DNA of 64,000 nt from a virus. The notes below the pieces were generated by a model. It ran no database searches. It was not told the origin of the DNA and worked only from the letters and a program-made list of their open reading frames with translations. The stretch is from the IMG/VR virus record IMGVR_UViG_3300019889_000007, positions 1 through 64,000 of that record. One strand, 5' to 3'. Of this stretch, positions 34,351-45,884 are shown piece by piece (positions within the stretch are counted from its first letter, which is position 1; every line of letters starts with the position of its first letter). A program made the position numbers and the translations under genes.

Positions 34351-35245
34351 ATTTGTACGGTATGGTCGGTTTCGGCGGCGGGTGACGGCGAACCATTCGG
34401 GGGAGAGGGGCGCCCACCCGCGTCAAGCGGTCCCCGCCGCCAACTCACCGAACTGATCCGCACCCGGTCCAGGCGTGTCAAGATGATGGCCTCTTCACCC
34501 ATCCCACGCTAGGTAACCGCATGCATCATCCCGTCATACACGTCCGCTTGATCCGTGCCTCCACGCTGACCTCGGGCACCACGATCATGTGGTACGGCCC
34601 CTACCAGCAGATCCACTGGGGACAATACTTGGGCACCGAGCCCGTCGACGAAGAATCCTGGCCCCGGATGCTCACCATCAAGATCGCCCCCGGATGCGCC
34701 GCATGGCCCAAGAAGGTCCAAATCCTTCTCGGGGCAACGGTGACTCAGGTCGTCAATCCCGACACTCTTCCTCCGGTGTCCACGGTTCAGGTGAGTCGGT
34801 GCTGATCAGCCTGGCCACCAGGCGTCTATTGTCGTCGGCGCCGATGGCCACGTCCCAGCGTTCGCACGGCAGGAAGCATCGGCACGCCAGCAGACATCCG
34901 CTGGGCTGTTGCGCCACGGCGAGGATGTACGTGGCCACACCGCACATCGGGCAGGTGACCACCGGCCGAGAAGAGGTAGAAGAAGACACCCTCACAGCGT
35001 AATATCGCAGGCGATCATGTCTGTCCCGTTTATCGGGGTGAGGCGGTCCGTTCCAGGCGACGGGCCGCCGTTTTCGTGCCGCGACACCATCCGACAAATC
35101 ACCGTAAAAGCCACATACCTCACATATCGTTCGGTGGGGCGTCGGCCGAGAGTGTTCTGTAGTGGTTCCTCATCTCCCTTCCGAGGCGGTTCGACGCCCC
35201 ACCAATAAACCACCCAAATACGGACATTCCACATAAACTAGACAT

Positions 35246-35578
35246 ATGGGAATTTCCGATAAGTTCAAGAAGAAACCGACCACCGCCACCACTGTCGCCA
35301 CCACCGGCGGTGTCGCCGCCCTCGGTGTCGCCGTACTCAACGCCAGTTCGTTCCTCGACCCGGACCTGGTCGCCGAACTGACCGAAAAGATCAGCACCGG
35401 CGGTCTGACCGTCAACTCGATCGTCACCGCCGTCCTGGTCTGGTTCATCGCCAAAAACCGGAAGAAGGCCCACGACCTGCAAAAGCAGCTCGATGAACTC
35501 ATCATCGACGCCGACACACCACCGGAAGACCCCATCGAAGACGACGACATAGCCGGTCCCGACAACAAGACCGTGTAA
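35246..35578 (+). CDS. Small two-TM membrane protein, holin-like
   Basis: Two hydrophobic segments and an acidic C-terminus; followed by a hairpin at about 35594-35625. Confidence 0.45.
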   Translation: MGISDKFKKKPTTATTVATTGGVAALGVAVLNASSFLDPDLVAELTEKISTGGLTVNSIVTAVLVWFIAKNRKKAHDLQKQLDELIIDADTPPEDPIEDDDIAGPDNKTV

Positions 35579-36303
35579 CCGTGGGCAATAAAATGGCGAC
35601 CCGTTGATCGCGGCAACGGGTCGCCGATTCTTCCGAAGGACCGGAACAAACAGAACAAGGCATGTTCAATCTCCGATACTACCTGTCCCACCATGAATGC
35701 GGTCAACACCCGCAAACGTTGCGGCACACCACTTCCCCGACAGGAGCACCATGCCCCCGCACTTCTCGATGCGCGAACGCGCCATCATGTACGTCCTCAA
35801 AGACAGCCCCGAACCCCTGACCACCCAAGAAGTCGGCGACCGCACCGTCACCGGCTCCTTCAACGCGGCAACACTATGGACGCTAGAACGGTGTGGCCTG
35901 ATCACCGGAAAATGCCGGGCCTGCAAACCCCCCCAAGGCGTGTCCACCTTCGACCGGTCACACTTCGAACTCCCCAGTTCACATGTGGGACAAAAGGTTT
36001 GGTCACTGAACCTGCGCGGATCGATGACCGTCGACCAGATCGACCCCGACCCCCAATCGCGCGCCGAACTCGTCGACAAGTGGCGCCACAGGCTCCGCCG
36101 CCGCTACATCCTCTTCGAAGCCGGTCTGTGGGCTTTTCTGATCCTGTTCAGCTACGGGATCATGTGGTTGTTGTTCGGCCGGTTCGACCCCGCATCGTTT
36201 TTTGCCAACCTCGGCGGTGGACTGGCCGGGTTGCTGGGATGCAAGCTGTTCATGAAAATCTGCAAAAATCGACGTAAAGTCGACAAAAAGACAGGATAGG
36301 GAC

Positions 36304-36864
36304 ATGCTGAACGCAGCGACGCTGTACACCATCCGGCGACTCAAGACCGGCACCACGATCACCACCGAGCCCGACGCCATGTGGGTCATCGACGGCGACG
36401 GCCACCCCGGACCCCTGTGGGACGGCCTGAGCGTCCACGTCGACGGCTCCAGCGTGTACGTCGAGCACATGGTCACCCCCGGCGGCAAAGACCCGGCAGG
36501 ATTCAAACCAGTGGTCACAGACGACCGAGGCACATGGGGCTGGCAGAAACTGTCCGACACCGGTATGAAGATCAAAACCGCTGTAGCCGCCGCCATCAAA
36601 AACCACCATGGCCTACCGGTCTCCGGCTTCTACGAACTCATCGGACCGGGCATCGCCCGCAACCCGCACAAACTCACCAAGCATGTCCTCAAAGCACACG
36701 GCATCGACGCGGACGACGCCGACGCATTCCCACAGCCGTTCCCGCGCAACTATTACGCCCTGGCAGACTGGATGGCCACGCACGACCAATACCTTGGCGT
36801 CGCCTGGTTCCACCGGGCAGACCCGTACTCCACCGTGCTGATGCGCAAGAAAGATTTCAAATAG
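36304..36864 (+). CDS. RNA ligase 1 (DUF5565)-like protein, apparently catalytically degenerate
   Basis: WDG, GKDPAGF, GW, GFYELIGPGIARNP, HG, PRNYYAL, GVAWFH, KKDF; the motif I Lys position is Leu. Confidence 0.6.
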   Translation: MLNAATLYTIRRLKTGTTITTEPDAMWVIDGDGHPGPLWDGLSVHVDGSSVYVEHMVTPGGKDPAGFKPVVTDDRGTWGWQKLSDTGMKIKTAVAAAIKNHHGLPVSGFYELIGPGIARNPHKLTKHVLKAHGIDADDADAFPQPFPRNYYALADWMATHDQYLGVAWFHRADPYSTVLMRKKDFK

Positions 36865-39087
36865 ATAGAAGGAGCAGTATCGTGCCCGTCTCCCCCGGCA
36901 CCGTACCCGAACACACCCATCCGGCGGTCATCGACGGATATATGGCGTCCATTGAGGACTTCTCACAGCGAGTCCTGACCGCTGAACCCGGAAGCGTTTA
37001 CCAGTGGGACAAACTCGCCCAGCTCAAACGCACCGTCGAATACCTGTGGAACCACATGACCACCGAAGAAAACCAGTGGAAACCACCGCGCCCACAAGCG
37101 AGCGCCACATGAAAAAATGCCGCAGCCACACCAATGCGGGCCGCCTGGCCACCACCTGGAAGATAGCCTCAGCACTGGGATATCTGTTCGGGATGTGGTT
37201 CATCATCCCGCAGGATGCCGCCCCGATGCCGGTGAAGAACACTGTGGCCATGTGGGTCCTGGTGATCCTGTGCGTGACGTCGACAATTTGCGCGGCGGCC
37301 CACACTGTCCAACTCAAATACGACAGTAGCCAATGCCAATCCTGCCACCCGGAAACCCGGACGCAACGGGATGTCGGATGACTTCAGCGCCAAGACTTCT
37401 CTCAATCTACCATCGTGTACAGTGGAGTAACCTGACCAAGGTTCTGTCCAAAATGGATATTCATCCTGAATCGGCCGGGAAAATTTCCGACGACCCCGAC
37501 GCCGTCTATGAACTCGTCGTCGAAACCGACAGCGCCTGGGAAATCATCACCAAAATCCTCACACTGATGCGGCTGCGCGTATTCCGCGTACCCGTCCCAC
37601 ACCCCACCAAGGACCACCTCATCCTGCCACCGGACCACGAGCCCGACGAAGACGGGTACCGAAACTACATCGTCCAACCCATACCGGAAGAAAACTAATC
37701 AACGATGAAACACCTCGTACATTATGGAGACAAGATTCTCTACGCGATGGTGCCCCTGTTCGTCGTCATAGAGTTCGTGTCCTACTTCACCCTTATATTG
37801 ACACCATTCTATGTACTGGTTGACTGGCTGGTCCCACCCCATTTCCAAAGTCTCGCCTACGCACCCGTAATGACATGGATAATCATCTCGATGTCCCGCT
37901 TCTACCAACTCCAGCCATGGTGCGGCGCGTGCAACGCACACTGGAGCGGCGAAAACGAACTATCCCCACCACGACCATTTGAAGCCGACCGATGGAAATA
38001 GAACAAACCCCACCCACCTGGCGCGGCCTCACCACCCGATACCGCCAAGCACTTCGCACCATGGGCGCCGACCTTCCCAACTGCCTACCCGGCGAACCCG
38101 CCGAATGCGGCGACAACGACATCCAACACCTGACGTTCTACCTCGCCGCCATCACCGCATGGGCCACCATCGACATCGGCCGCACCTACGACACTTTCGG
38201 CGACGACGCCATCACAGACATCAACCGGCACTTCGCCAACCAACACACCTACCTGACCCACTCCGGCGAACGCACCCTGCAAATCGACGACATCCTCGCC
38301 GAACTCTCCATAGCCTGGCAAGAACATAACCGCTGACCAGGCAAAACGCTCCCAAATCCACGCACAGCCCCGAACAGGCATCCCCCCGGACCCGAACAAG
38401 GAGAAACCTCGTGTTCCGACCCGACGATGACCGAAAACTCGCCAACCGAATATCCACCCGCTCCACCAACAAACAAGGCACCACCGGCCCCCTACGCCAA
38501 CTCCTGATCCACCGGCTCCGCCCCGCATACAAAGCCATCTGGCGCGTCGGCCTCAAAGACAGAATCCACCTAGCACCCACCAAAGGCCACATCTACTGCG
38601 AACCATGCAACCAATGGTTCCCCGCCAACTCCGGCACCGACGAATTCACATGCCCTGTCTGCGATCGCATGTACGTCCAAGAACTCACCATCTACACCTG
38701 CTTCGACGACCCGGAAGAAACCGATGACACTGATTAACTGGTGGTACCGCACCTGGCACCGATTCAACACCACCCCTATGCACACGAGCACTTGGGAAGA
38801 CGTCCATCGCTATGCCTGGTGGGCTCTTGGCAACGGCGTCGACGCCATCAACCAGGAATGGCTGATCCTGTCCACCCACTCCGAACAAGCGCGACACCAA
38901 ACCATCAGCGACAACCCGCGACGCGTACTGGAACTGGCCAAAGTCAGGCGCCGCAACGGATACACCGTCACAATCTACCGGCGCTGCAAGATCATCTCAG
39001 ACTGGAAAGAAACCACAGAATAACCACCAGCCCCAAAGCAACCAAGCACTGCTGTAACACCAAACCCACTAAGCTAAAGTAACCACC

Positions 39088-39597
39088 ATGGGAAACCCAA
39101 TTAGCGTCCGCGCCGAAATACCAATCACTGAACAGGAAATGATGACCGTCAAAGAAGTTTCCACCCAGTTGCGAATCTCCAAGATGACCGTCTACCGGCT
39201 CCTCGAACGGGGAGACATCCCCTCAATCCGAGTCGGCCGGGCATACCGAATCCCCAAATTCGGCCTTCAACGCTTCCTCACCCAGACAGCCACAAAGGAC
39301 CCGAAGTTATGCCCAAAATCGTGTGCCCCACCTGCGAGGGAAAAGGCTTCATCGCAGAAGAAAAAGCAGGTAAAAGCCCATTCGACGGGAAAATCGAACC
39401 CGTCCACACCACCAAAACCTGTCCACAGTGCAAGGGAAAAAAAGAAGTCAAGTTCTAATGACTGGCATCATGTGCCCCACCTGCGGTGGTCTAGGCGGAA
39501 CCGCGCGAGAACGCGCAGCACTCGGCCCAATCCGAGACCCATACACCCGCGAACTACTCGTAGCCGCCGGAACCGTCGGAACGCTGCAAGAGTTTGA
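39088..39597 (+). CDS. Excisionase/BldC-like HTH_17 DNA-binding protein (domain about 39139-39285; the tail overlaps downstream genes)
   Basis: MTVKEVSTQLRISKMTVYRLLERGDIPSIRVGRAYRIP. Confidence 0.85.
   Translation: MGNPISVRAEIPITEQEMMTVKEVSTQLRISKMTVYRLLERGDIPSIRVGRAYRIPKFGLQRFLTQTATKDPKLCPKSCAPPAREKASSQKKKQVKAHSTGKSNPSTPPKPVHSAREKKKSSSNDWHHVPHLRWSRRNRARTRSTRPNPRPIHPRTTRSRRNRRNAARV
39309..39458 (+). CDS. 49-aa DnaJ-type zinc-finger protein (not in the ORF track)
   Basis: RBS AAAGGA; MPKIVCPTCEGKG...TCPQCKGKKEVKF; TAATG coupling to the next gene. Confidence 0.7.
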   Translation: MPKIVCPTCEGKGFIAEEKAGKSPFDGKIEPVHTTKTCPQCKGKKEVKF

Positions 39598-39673
39598 CAG
39601 ATGCCGCACCTGCAAAGGCGAGGGCACCATACCATCCAGGTCAGAAGAATCCTTAAAGGACAGCAATGGTTAG
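39458..39673 (+). CDS. DnaJ-type zinc-finger protein
   Basis: MCPTCGGLGG...RCRTCKGEG. Confidence 0.7.
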   Translation: MTGIMCPTCGGLGGTARERAALGPIRDPYTRELLVAAGTVGTLQEFDRCRTCKGEGTIPSRSEESLKDSNG

Positions 39674-40113
39674 GCACATCCAAGCCATACTCGCCTACGG
39701 CCACGCCCTCGGCGACAACTACGGATTCGGACACGACAACAAGGATGTACCGGCATGGATGATCCACACACTCGGCCCAGAAATAGGTGCTGAACAGGCA
39801 CTTCGTTCCGCAGTCGGCTTCACTGAAACCGACTGGCGCGTTGAAGGCTACAACGACCGGCTCCAAGCCGCCGACGAACGCGTCGGCATGGAACTTGTCA
39901 TCCATGGCGACCTGCTCGGCGGCGACCCGAACTACATCTTGGCCGCCACCCACACCGTCGCAGACCTCGGTGCCCCCGCCAGCATCACCGACCTCGACCC
40001 ATCGGACAACTCCGACCGCCGCCTGGCATGGGCGCTGAAGGTCTTGGGCATCACACCGGTGTCCCTGAAACCACAGTGGTATCTCGCAGCATTGACCGGT
40101 TGACCAGCATAGA

Positions 40114-40146
40114 TATGGCGCCGACTTTCGCACAGTCGGCGCCATG
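40114..40146. terminator. Hairpin ending the plus-strand gene run
   Basis: ATGGCGCCGACT-TTCGCAC-AGTCGGCGCCAT. Confidence 0.6.
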
Positions 40147-40455
40147 AACTTCCTATCCAACGATCATCACCGAAGCAGACACAACGAGGATGAGCCTTGA
40201 TACTAACTAGTGAAACACCACTCAGCAACTCACGCAAATCCCCACGAACACCCCGAAACGGGCATAAAGTACAGGGTGTGACGGACCAACGCCTCGACAC
40301 CACAAACGGTGACGGCGACCCCACCCACTGGTCATACTGGACCAGCATCGAAGCTCCATCCAGCTGCGATTTTCCCACCAAACCAGCAGACAGCTTCATC
40401 ACCAACGACAACCCCCCTGCATTCCCCCACACGCCGAACCCGTGACCAGCACAGA

Positions 40456-40487
40456 AACTCTTTGATAAGCATCCTTATCCAAGTGTT
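40456..40487. other. Candidate tyrosine-recombinase (lox/dif-like) site
   Basis: AACTCTTTGATAA-GCATCC-TTATCCAAGTGTT: 13-bp arms (11/13 inverted match) around an asymmetric 6-bp spacer, about 670 bp upstream of the recombinase. Confidence 0.55.
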
Positions 40488-41153
40488 ACCCTTGGGGGAT
40501 GAGCCTGTTCAAAAAATCCCCACAAACCCGCACCGAGACCGAGATCGGGAAAGCAGCCGTCGATCTGGTCGCCTCGTATCTGGCTGTCGAAGATCGGGAA
40601 GAAGTTTCAACCGTCGACTTCTGGAAGTCGCATCTGAAACCCAAAACCGAAGCGCAGCGCCGCGAACAACTCAGCGTTCTCGCGCTCATCCTCGCTGAAG
40701 CCTTGCAGGGATACGAAGTGTTGAACGACTACTCGGATGAATCCGAACATCTGTGTGATCTGATGGATATCCTCTTTCACTCGATCGACGGTGTCGAAAA
40801 CCAGGACAGTGCCCGATGCGATGCATGTGGCAGTGAGTTCATCGAGCGGGGTGACAGATGACGGTCAACCAGCCGTGTGCGTGTGGTTGTCATCCGGTTC
40901 AGGTCCAGCGACGGCTGTTCCCGTCGTTCGCGAATTTTCCAGTCCTTCACGCGGCGACACAGCAATCGATGCTGGCGGCCAGGAAGGTGGCGATGGAAAC
41001 GTATGACCATCGGAACCTGGTGTTGGCGTATCGGTTCGCCTGCTATTCGTTGACCTACCTGCGGCAGCATGGTGAAGGCAGTGAGGCGGCTGTTAAGGAG
41101 TTGGTCTCGGTCAAGGAACGGCTGGCGACGTTGATTGTTCGCGACTATCTGGA

Positions 41154-42305
41154 ATGGCTTTTCGCATGACGACGGCAGAGGATGGTCTGCCCGAGTTGCC
41201 CGATCTTGACGTGGGTGGCGGTGAGGTTCTTTCGGGCGAGATCGTTGTCAGCTCGGTCGGGAAGGTGGTTGCTCGACGAAGGGTGTCGGATCGTCCTGAG
41301 CCGCCGAATGCGCTTAAGGCGTTGACGGCGGCGGGGTATGACCTTGTTGTGTCGGGGGTCTCGGCCAACACACTGCGGGCGTATGAGCGGTGTTGGGGTC
41401 AGTTCAATGAGTATCTGGATTCGCGGAAGCTGGGTCGGTTGGATATTGCGCCGACACCGGCGACGGTGATCATTGACTGGATGGCGTTGATGCTTCGTAC
41501 GCCGACCAAGCAAACGAAGATTCCGATGGCGCCATCGTCGGTGTCGCAGATGTTGGCTGCGATCCGGTACAAGCATCGTGAGATTCAAGGTTCGGATAAG
41601 ACGTGGACGGTGCCGCAGTCGTTGTTGCTGACTCAGGCGTATCGGGGGTATTGCCATCAGTGGCTCGATATGGGGCATCGGGTGCAACAGGCGGAACCGA
41701 CGTCGTGGGAGGATCTTGAGGTTTATGCGGCGGGGATTGATACGTCGTCCCCTCGGGGTAAGCGTGATCTTGCGTTGATCTTGTTGTCGTTTTGGATGGC
41801 GGCGCGCGCTTCCGACATCAGTGCTTTGTGGACTTCTCCGGGTGTGGACAACATCCGGTTGAATGCGACAACGATGCAGTTGTTCCTGCCGTATTCCAAG
41901 ACGGACCAGGCGGCTGCCGGGCAGTGGGTGACAATACCGAAGTTTGACAAGAATCCTCCATTGTGTCCTGTCAGATCGGTGCAGGCGTGGCGAGCGGAAC
42001 TGCTGCAAGTTCGGCCCGAGGCCGGTAAATTGTTCGTGGAGATGCCTGCCGGTTTGCGTTCGGACTTCTACGCTAAAGGATTTCCTGGCCTTCAGCCGAT
42101 GGCCGTCAGCGACGTGACGAAACGCTGGGCGAGACGGTTGGGGTTGGGTCAAAGATCGGCGCACTCTCACCGTCGAGGTGCTGCGACGCGGGCTCACGAA
42201 GCTGGGGCGGATATTCCGCAGATCAAAAAGCTCGGTCGTTGGAAATCTTCTGACACGGTCATGAAGTACATCGACGACCAGGCGTTTGAACACCCGTTGG
42301 CTTAG
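41154..42305 (+). CDS. Cre-like tyrosine recombinase
   Basis: SANTLRAY..W..F; RDLALILL..ARASD (R); SKTDQ (K); CPV; SAHSHRRG (HxxR); GRWKS..VMKY (W, Y). Confidence 0.92.
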   Translation: MAFRMTTAEDGLPELPDLDVGGGEVLSGEIVVSSVGKVVARRRVSDRPEPPNALKALTAAGYDLVVSGVSANTLRAYERCWGQFNEYLDSRKLGRLDIAPTPATVIIDWMALMLRTPTKQTKIPMAPSSVSQMLAAIRYKHREIQGSDKTWTVPQSLLLTQAYRGYCHQWLDMGHRVQQAEPTSWEDLEVYAAGIDTSSPRGKRDLALILLSFWMAARASDISALWTSPGVDNIRLNATTMQLFLPYSKTDQAAAGQWVTIPKFDKNPPLCPVRSVQAWRAELLQVRPEAGKLFVEMPAGLRSDFYAKGFPGLQPMAVSDVTKRWARRLGLGQRSAHSHRRGAATRAHEAGADIPQIKKLGRWKSSDTVMKYIDDQAFEHPLA

Positions 42306-43018
42306 GAAGAAAGCAGGGGTCATGCCCGAGGATGTCAAAACGTGTGTCCAGCAGTTTGTGCTGTCGATGCGTGGCCGTATCGGTGATGTGTCGCACATGG
42401 CTGCCTTGAATTTGTCGTGCGCCGGGGATCTTGATGGCGCGATGGATGCCGTGGTTTCGGAGATTGTGGCAGGGAAAGTGCTGCTGTCTGATGAAGAACG
42501 TCGGGAATTGTTGCAGTTGTGGGGCGAGACCGGCGGCAACGAACGTTTCGGGCGGCTGCCGGAGTTGGCTGGAGCTGAGTCAGTAACACCGGTTGAAGAG
42601 AAGACCTGGCGTGCCGAGGCTCAGGACTTGATTCTGTTGGTCAGCCGAGGGTTCATCTGCGTTTGTGATCATGAATCGTGTTTTCTTGGGCGGGGTGTCG
42701 TGGGGCATCGACGGATCTGCGAGTGCCCGAAGGATGACGATTACTTGCAGATCACCGCGACGGATGACTGGGGCGATTCCGAGTACGACAAGACCGCGTT
42801 TTTGAGACCAGTTGATGCACAGGAGTTCGCGGCCGATCTGGTTAAGGCTGTGCAGGCTGCCTGTGAAGTAGTCGATGAAGGAGAGGGCGAGTCGAGTGTC
42901 GAAGCGTCGTAGGCGGGATACACCGATGGAACGGTCGCGGGCGGCCATCGCGGCGAAGTACGTTAGTGATGGCCGTGGGGGGTTGCGGAAGGCGTCGCCG
43001 GGTGAGGTCGGTGGCACC

Positions 43019-43501
43019 ATGGCTGAGCGGATGGAGTATTACTGCCGGGAGTTTGTGCGCCCTGATATTCAGAAGAAGGGGTTCGGGGTTCAACACGTTG
43101 GTGGTGGCGGTGACGGGTTCCAGTACACGATTGGTTTGAGTCGGCAGGCTCCCGGCGGTCGAGAAATCCTGATCAAAGGTTTTCACGCCGATCTAGGTGC
43201 GGGGATTCTGTCGTTCCTGGGGGATCAACTTGTGGCTGGCCGGACTCGGGCGGCCGAGGGGCGGGTGATCCGGATCGGCCTGTTCGACGCCGATTTCACG
43301 TTCGTGGAGCCCACGGCAGAAGAGCATCAGGCCACGCCTGCGGGCATCGCTTCGGCGTACTACAAGCAGCCGATTGTGCCGTTGCATGTGATGACGGCGG
43401 GGTGGCCGTGCGCGAGGTGCCAGCCGGGCGACTTCGACCAGGCGTGTACGTGCGGTTTCCAGTGCACATTTCCCGGGTGCGGTCTCAATGAAGGACAGTG
43501 A
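43019..43501 (+). CDS. DUF4262-like protein
   Basis: GFGVQHV..FQYTIGLS..EILIKG. Confidence 0.65.
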   Translation: MAERMEYYCREFVRPDIQKKGFGVQHVGGGGDGFQYTIGLSRQAPGGREILIKGFHADLGAGILSFLGDQLVAGRTRAAEGRVIRIGLFDADFTFVEPTAEEHQATPAGIASAYYKQPIVPLHVMTAGWPCARCQPGDFDQACTCGFQCTFPGCGLNEGQ

Positions 43502-43921
43502 CATGGAAGAGGCATGGGGTCGACTACAGGCTTTCTGTGCCCGCCAGGCGTTCCGGCGAGACGGGGTGGCGTTCCGCAGTGTGCTGGATTCCAGCCAGGT
43601 CGCTTTTGTTATTCGGCGTCGGTTTCCCGCTACGGCCATGATCAACGTATTTCAACAATTTGACGGGAACAGCAGTGTCCTGATCGAAAAAATGTACTCG
43701 CTGTCGATGAAGGCACCGATCGTGATGTGTCATATCGATGGGCACAACATGGACGTCGAGGAAACCGCGATGGCGTTGGCTGGGTGGCGGAAAGCCGTCA
43801 GTGTCGCGGCTCGCGTTTGGACCAGGATGGGTCGGGATTTCATGACACCGTGCGTGGCGGACCTTGATGCGCTGGCGGCGTGGCTGGAGTCGGCCGATGA
43901 GGTTGAGGAAGACTCGGCTGC

Positions 43922-44326
43922 ATGGTGAACCGGGATTCGTCGATAACTCAACGGCGAGTGGAGGAGCTGCGTAAAGAGCGGGTCCTGATCGACGGGGTGT
44001 GGGTGCATCCTAGGGCTAAACACGGTACAACCTATGGGTACAACCGGTTCTCGTGCCACTGCGATCCCTGCCGGGAGGCCAACAACGAGTACCAACGGCA
44101 GCGCCAACGAAGGCGACGTATAACGTCGGTTTCGGTTGCGGCACCGGTGATTCACCGGCTGAGTGATCCGGTCACGCGCGACAACGGCGTCACGGTGGAC
44201 CTGTGTTGCCATTGTTTCGAGAACTTCCCGTTGGACGAGATGGAACCAGACAGCGGCGGTGGCTCTCCGTGGGATGTGTGCAAACCGTGCGCGGCCAAAG
44301 ACAAGACCTATGGTGGGCAATACTAA
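43922..44326 (+). CDS. Cys/His-rich phage protein
   Basis: HGTTYGYNRFSCHCDPCREAN plus a second CxxC..CxxC pair. Confidence 0.65.
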   Translation: MVNRDSSITQRRVEELRKERVLIDGVWVHPRAKHGTTYGYNRFSCHCDPCREANNEYQRQRQRRRRITSVSVAAPVIHRLSDPVTRDNGVTVDLCCHCFENFPLDEMEPDSGGGSPWDVCKPCAAKDKTYGGQY

Positions 44327-44339
44327 AAGGATGGAATCG

Positions 44340-44669
44340 ATGAATATAGATGAAAGATGGTTCGGTATGCGGATCAAAGGCCAGGCCGAACCGGTCGAGC
44401 AAGACTCCATGACTCTCCCCAATGGAGACGTCTTGAGGTTTCACCCCCAGAAACAGTGCGCAGGCGGGACATGTTGCCTGCACAACCCGTCGGATCACCA
44501 CATGAAAGAGTGGCCGCTGAACTGGCGTGACGACCGGGGCCTGATGGAACGCATCTGCGAGCACGGCGTCGGCCACCCCGACCCGGACGGCCTAGCGCAC
44601 ATCGTGGCCGTACACGGCCAGAAAGCCGCCGACGTCGAAGCCGTTCACGGCTGTGACCTGTGCTGCTGA
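44340..44669 (+). CDS. His/Cys-rich conserved phage hypothetical protein
   Basis: CCLHNPSDHHM..WRDDRGLMERICEHGVGHPDPD..HGCDLCC. Confidence 0.65.
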   Translation: MNIDERWFGMRIKGQAEPVEQDSMTLPNGDVLRFHPQKQCAGGTCCLHNPSDHHMKEWPLNWRDDRGLMERICEHGVGHPDPDGLAHIVAVHGQKAADVEAVHGCDLCC

Positions 44670-45032
44670 TCGGAAATCGAATGAACACTAGATCTGAGTT
44701 CCACATCGGAGACATTCTGACGGTGCTGCACGGCTTCATGGTGTGCCCCGGCGGGATGCATGCTGTACAGGCTTTTGCCGAGTTCATGGCTGGTGAGGAA
44801 GTATGGACTCACCAAATGACTCGGGTTCACCGTGAAGCGGCCGAACCGCTGCGCCAACAGTTTCCCGACCTGGCAGCAGTGAAGATACCTCTTGGTTTGA
44901 ACACCGAACAGGCCGTTCTTGAGTGGTTGACTTCCCTGGAACCGCAGTTCGGGGTCACCAGAATGGTGGCACCGCTGTCGCCTGACCAGCACGAACAACG
45001 CGACCCGATTCTGGAACTGTTCGAAATGCTCA

Positions 45033-45608
45033 GTGACCGGTAAGGAGCGGTACGTGGCGTTGACGTTTGAAGAGGCGTATTCGATGGGCAAGGCGTCTCG
45101 ACTGGCCATGGATCAGCATGGTTTGGGCCGGAACGAGTGCATCATCGGTACTCGTGTGGGGTTGGCCGTGGCGAAGTACTTCGGTACGACGGCGGTACCG
45201 GTGGCCGGGGAGGTGGTGGCACAGAACGCCGTCACCGGACGCCGGATCAGCGGCGGCGACATCGAGTTCACCCCCGACGGAAACGGCGAATTCGATTCCA
45301 CATGGGCGTTGCATCTGTGGATGATCTTGGACAAGCAGTGGCTGGTCGATGTCACCGCCGACCAGTTGGATATCCCGGAGAAAAACTTCCACATCGGTGG
45401 ACCACTGGTGGTAGACACGATGGGTCAAGCTCCTCGGGCGGGTACCAAGTTCGCAGCGATCCGGGAAGACCCCAAAGACCCGGATGCGACGGTCGGCGTG
45501 GAATACACGGTCGTCGGGGACGGCGTGTGGCGCCACTTCCGGCCGTGGAAGGAAACGCATCTGTGGAAACCTATCGCGGCGACCGCCATCAAAATGCTGA
45601 CGGACTAA
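45033..45608 (+). CDS. Transglutaminase/papain-like fold protein (putative)
   Basis: Cys (ECIIG), HLW and VDVTADQ suggest a C-H-D triad. Confidence 0.45.
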   Translation: MTGKERYVALTFEEAYSMGKASRLAMDQHGLGRNECIIGTRVGLAVAKYFGTTAVPVAGEVVAQNAVTGRRISGGDIEFTPDGNGEFDSTWALHLWMILDKQWLVDVTADQLDIPEKNFHIGGPLVVDTMGQAPRAGTKFAAIREDPKDPDATVGVEYTVVGDGVWRHFRPWKETHLWKPIAATAIKMLTD

Positions 45609-45884
45609 ATCACCGGTCACATCGCGGTGCGGATGCGTTGCAGGATGGCCGAGAAGTCCCCGGTGACGGCCAGTTCGGCGTGCTCGGTGCACACCATGTG
45701 TCCGTTGACGATCGTCAACGGTAGACGGTCGGCCAGGGTTTTCCGGGTAACCGGTGGATCGTCGAACAGGCACAGGTAGCAGACGAAGTCTTCGGATTTC
45801 ATCCGTTCATTGTGGCGCGCGGGCGGCCTGGACGCGCCCCGCTATCGCCAGAGCCACCCGCATGTCCGATTCGTACCATAATAT

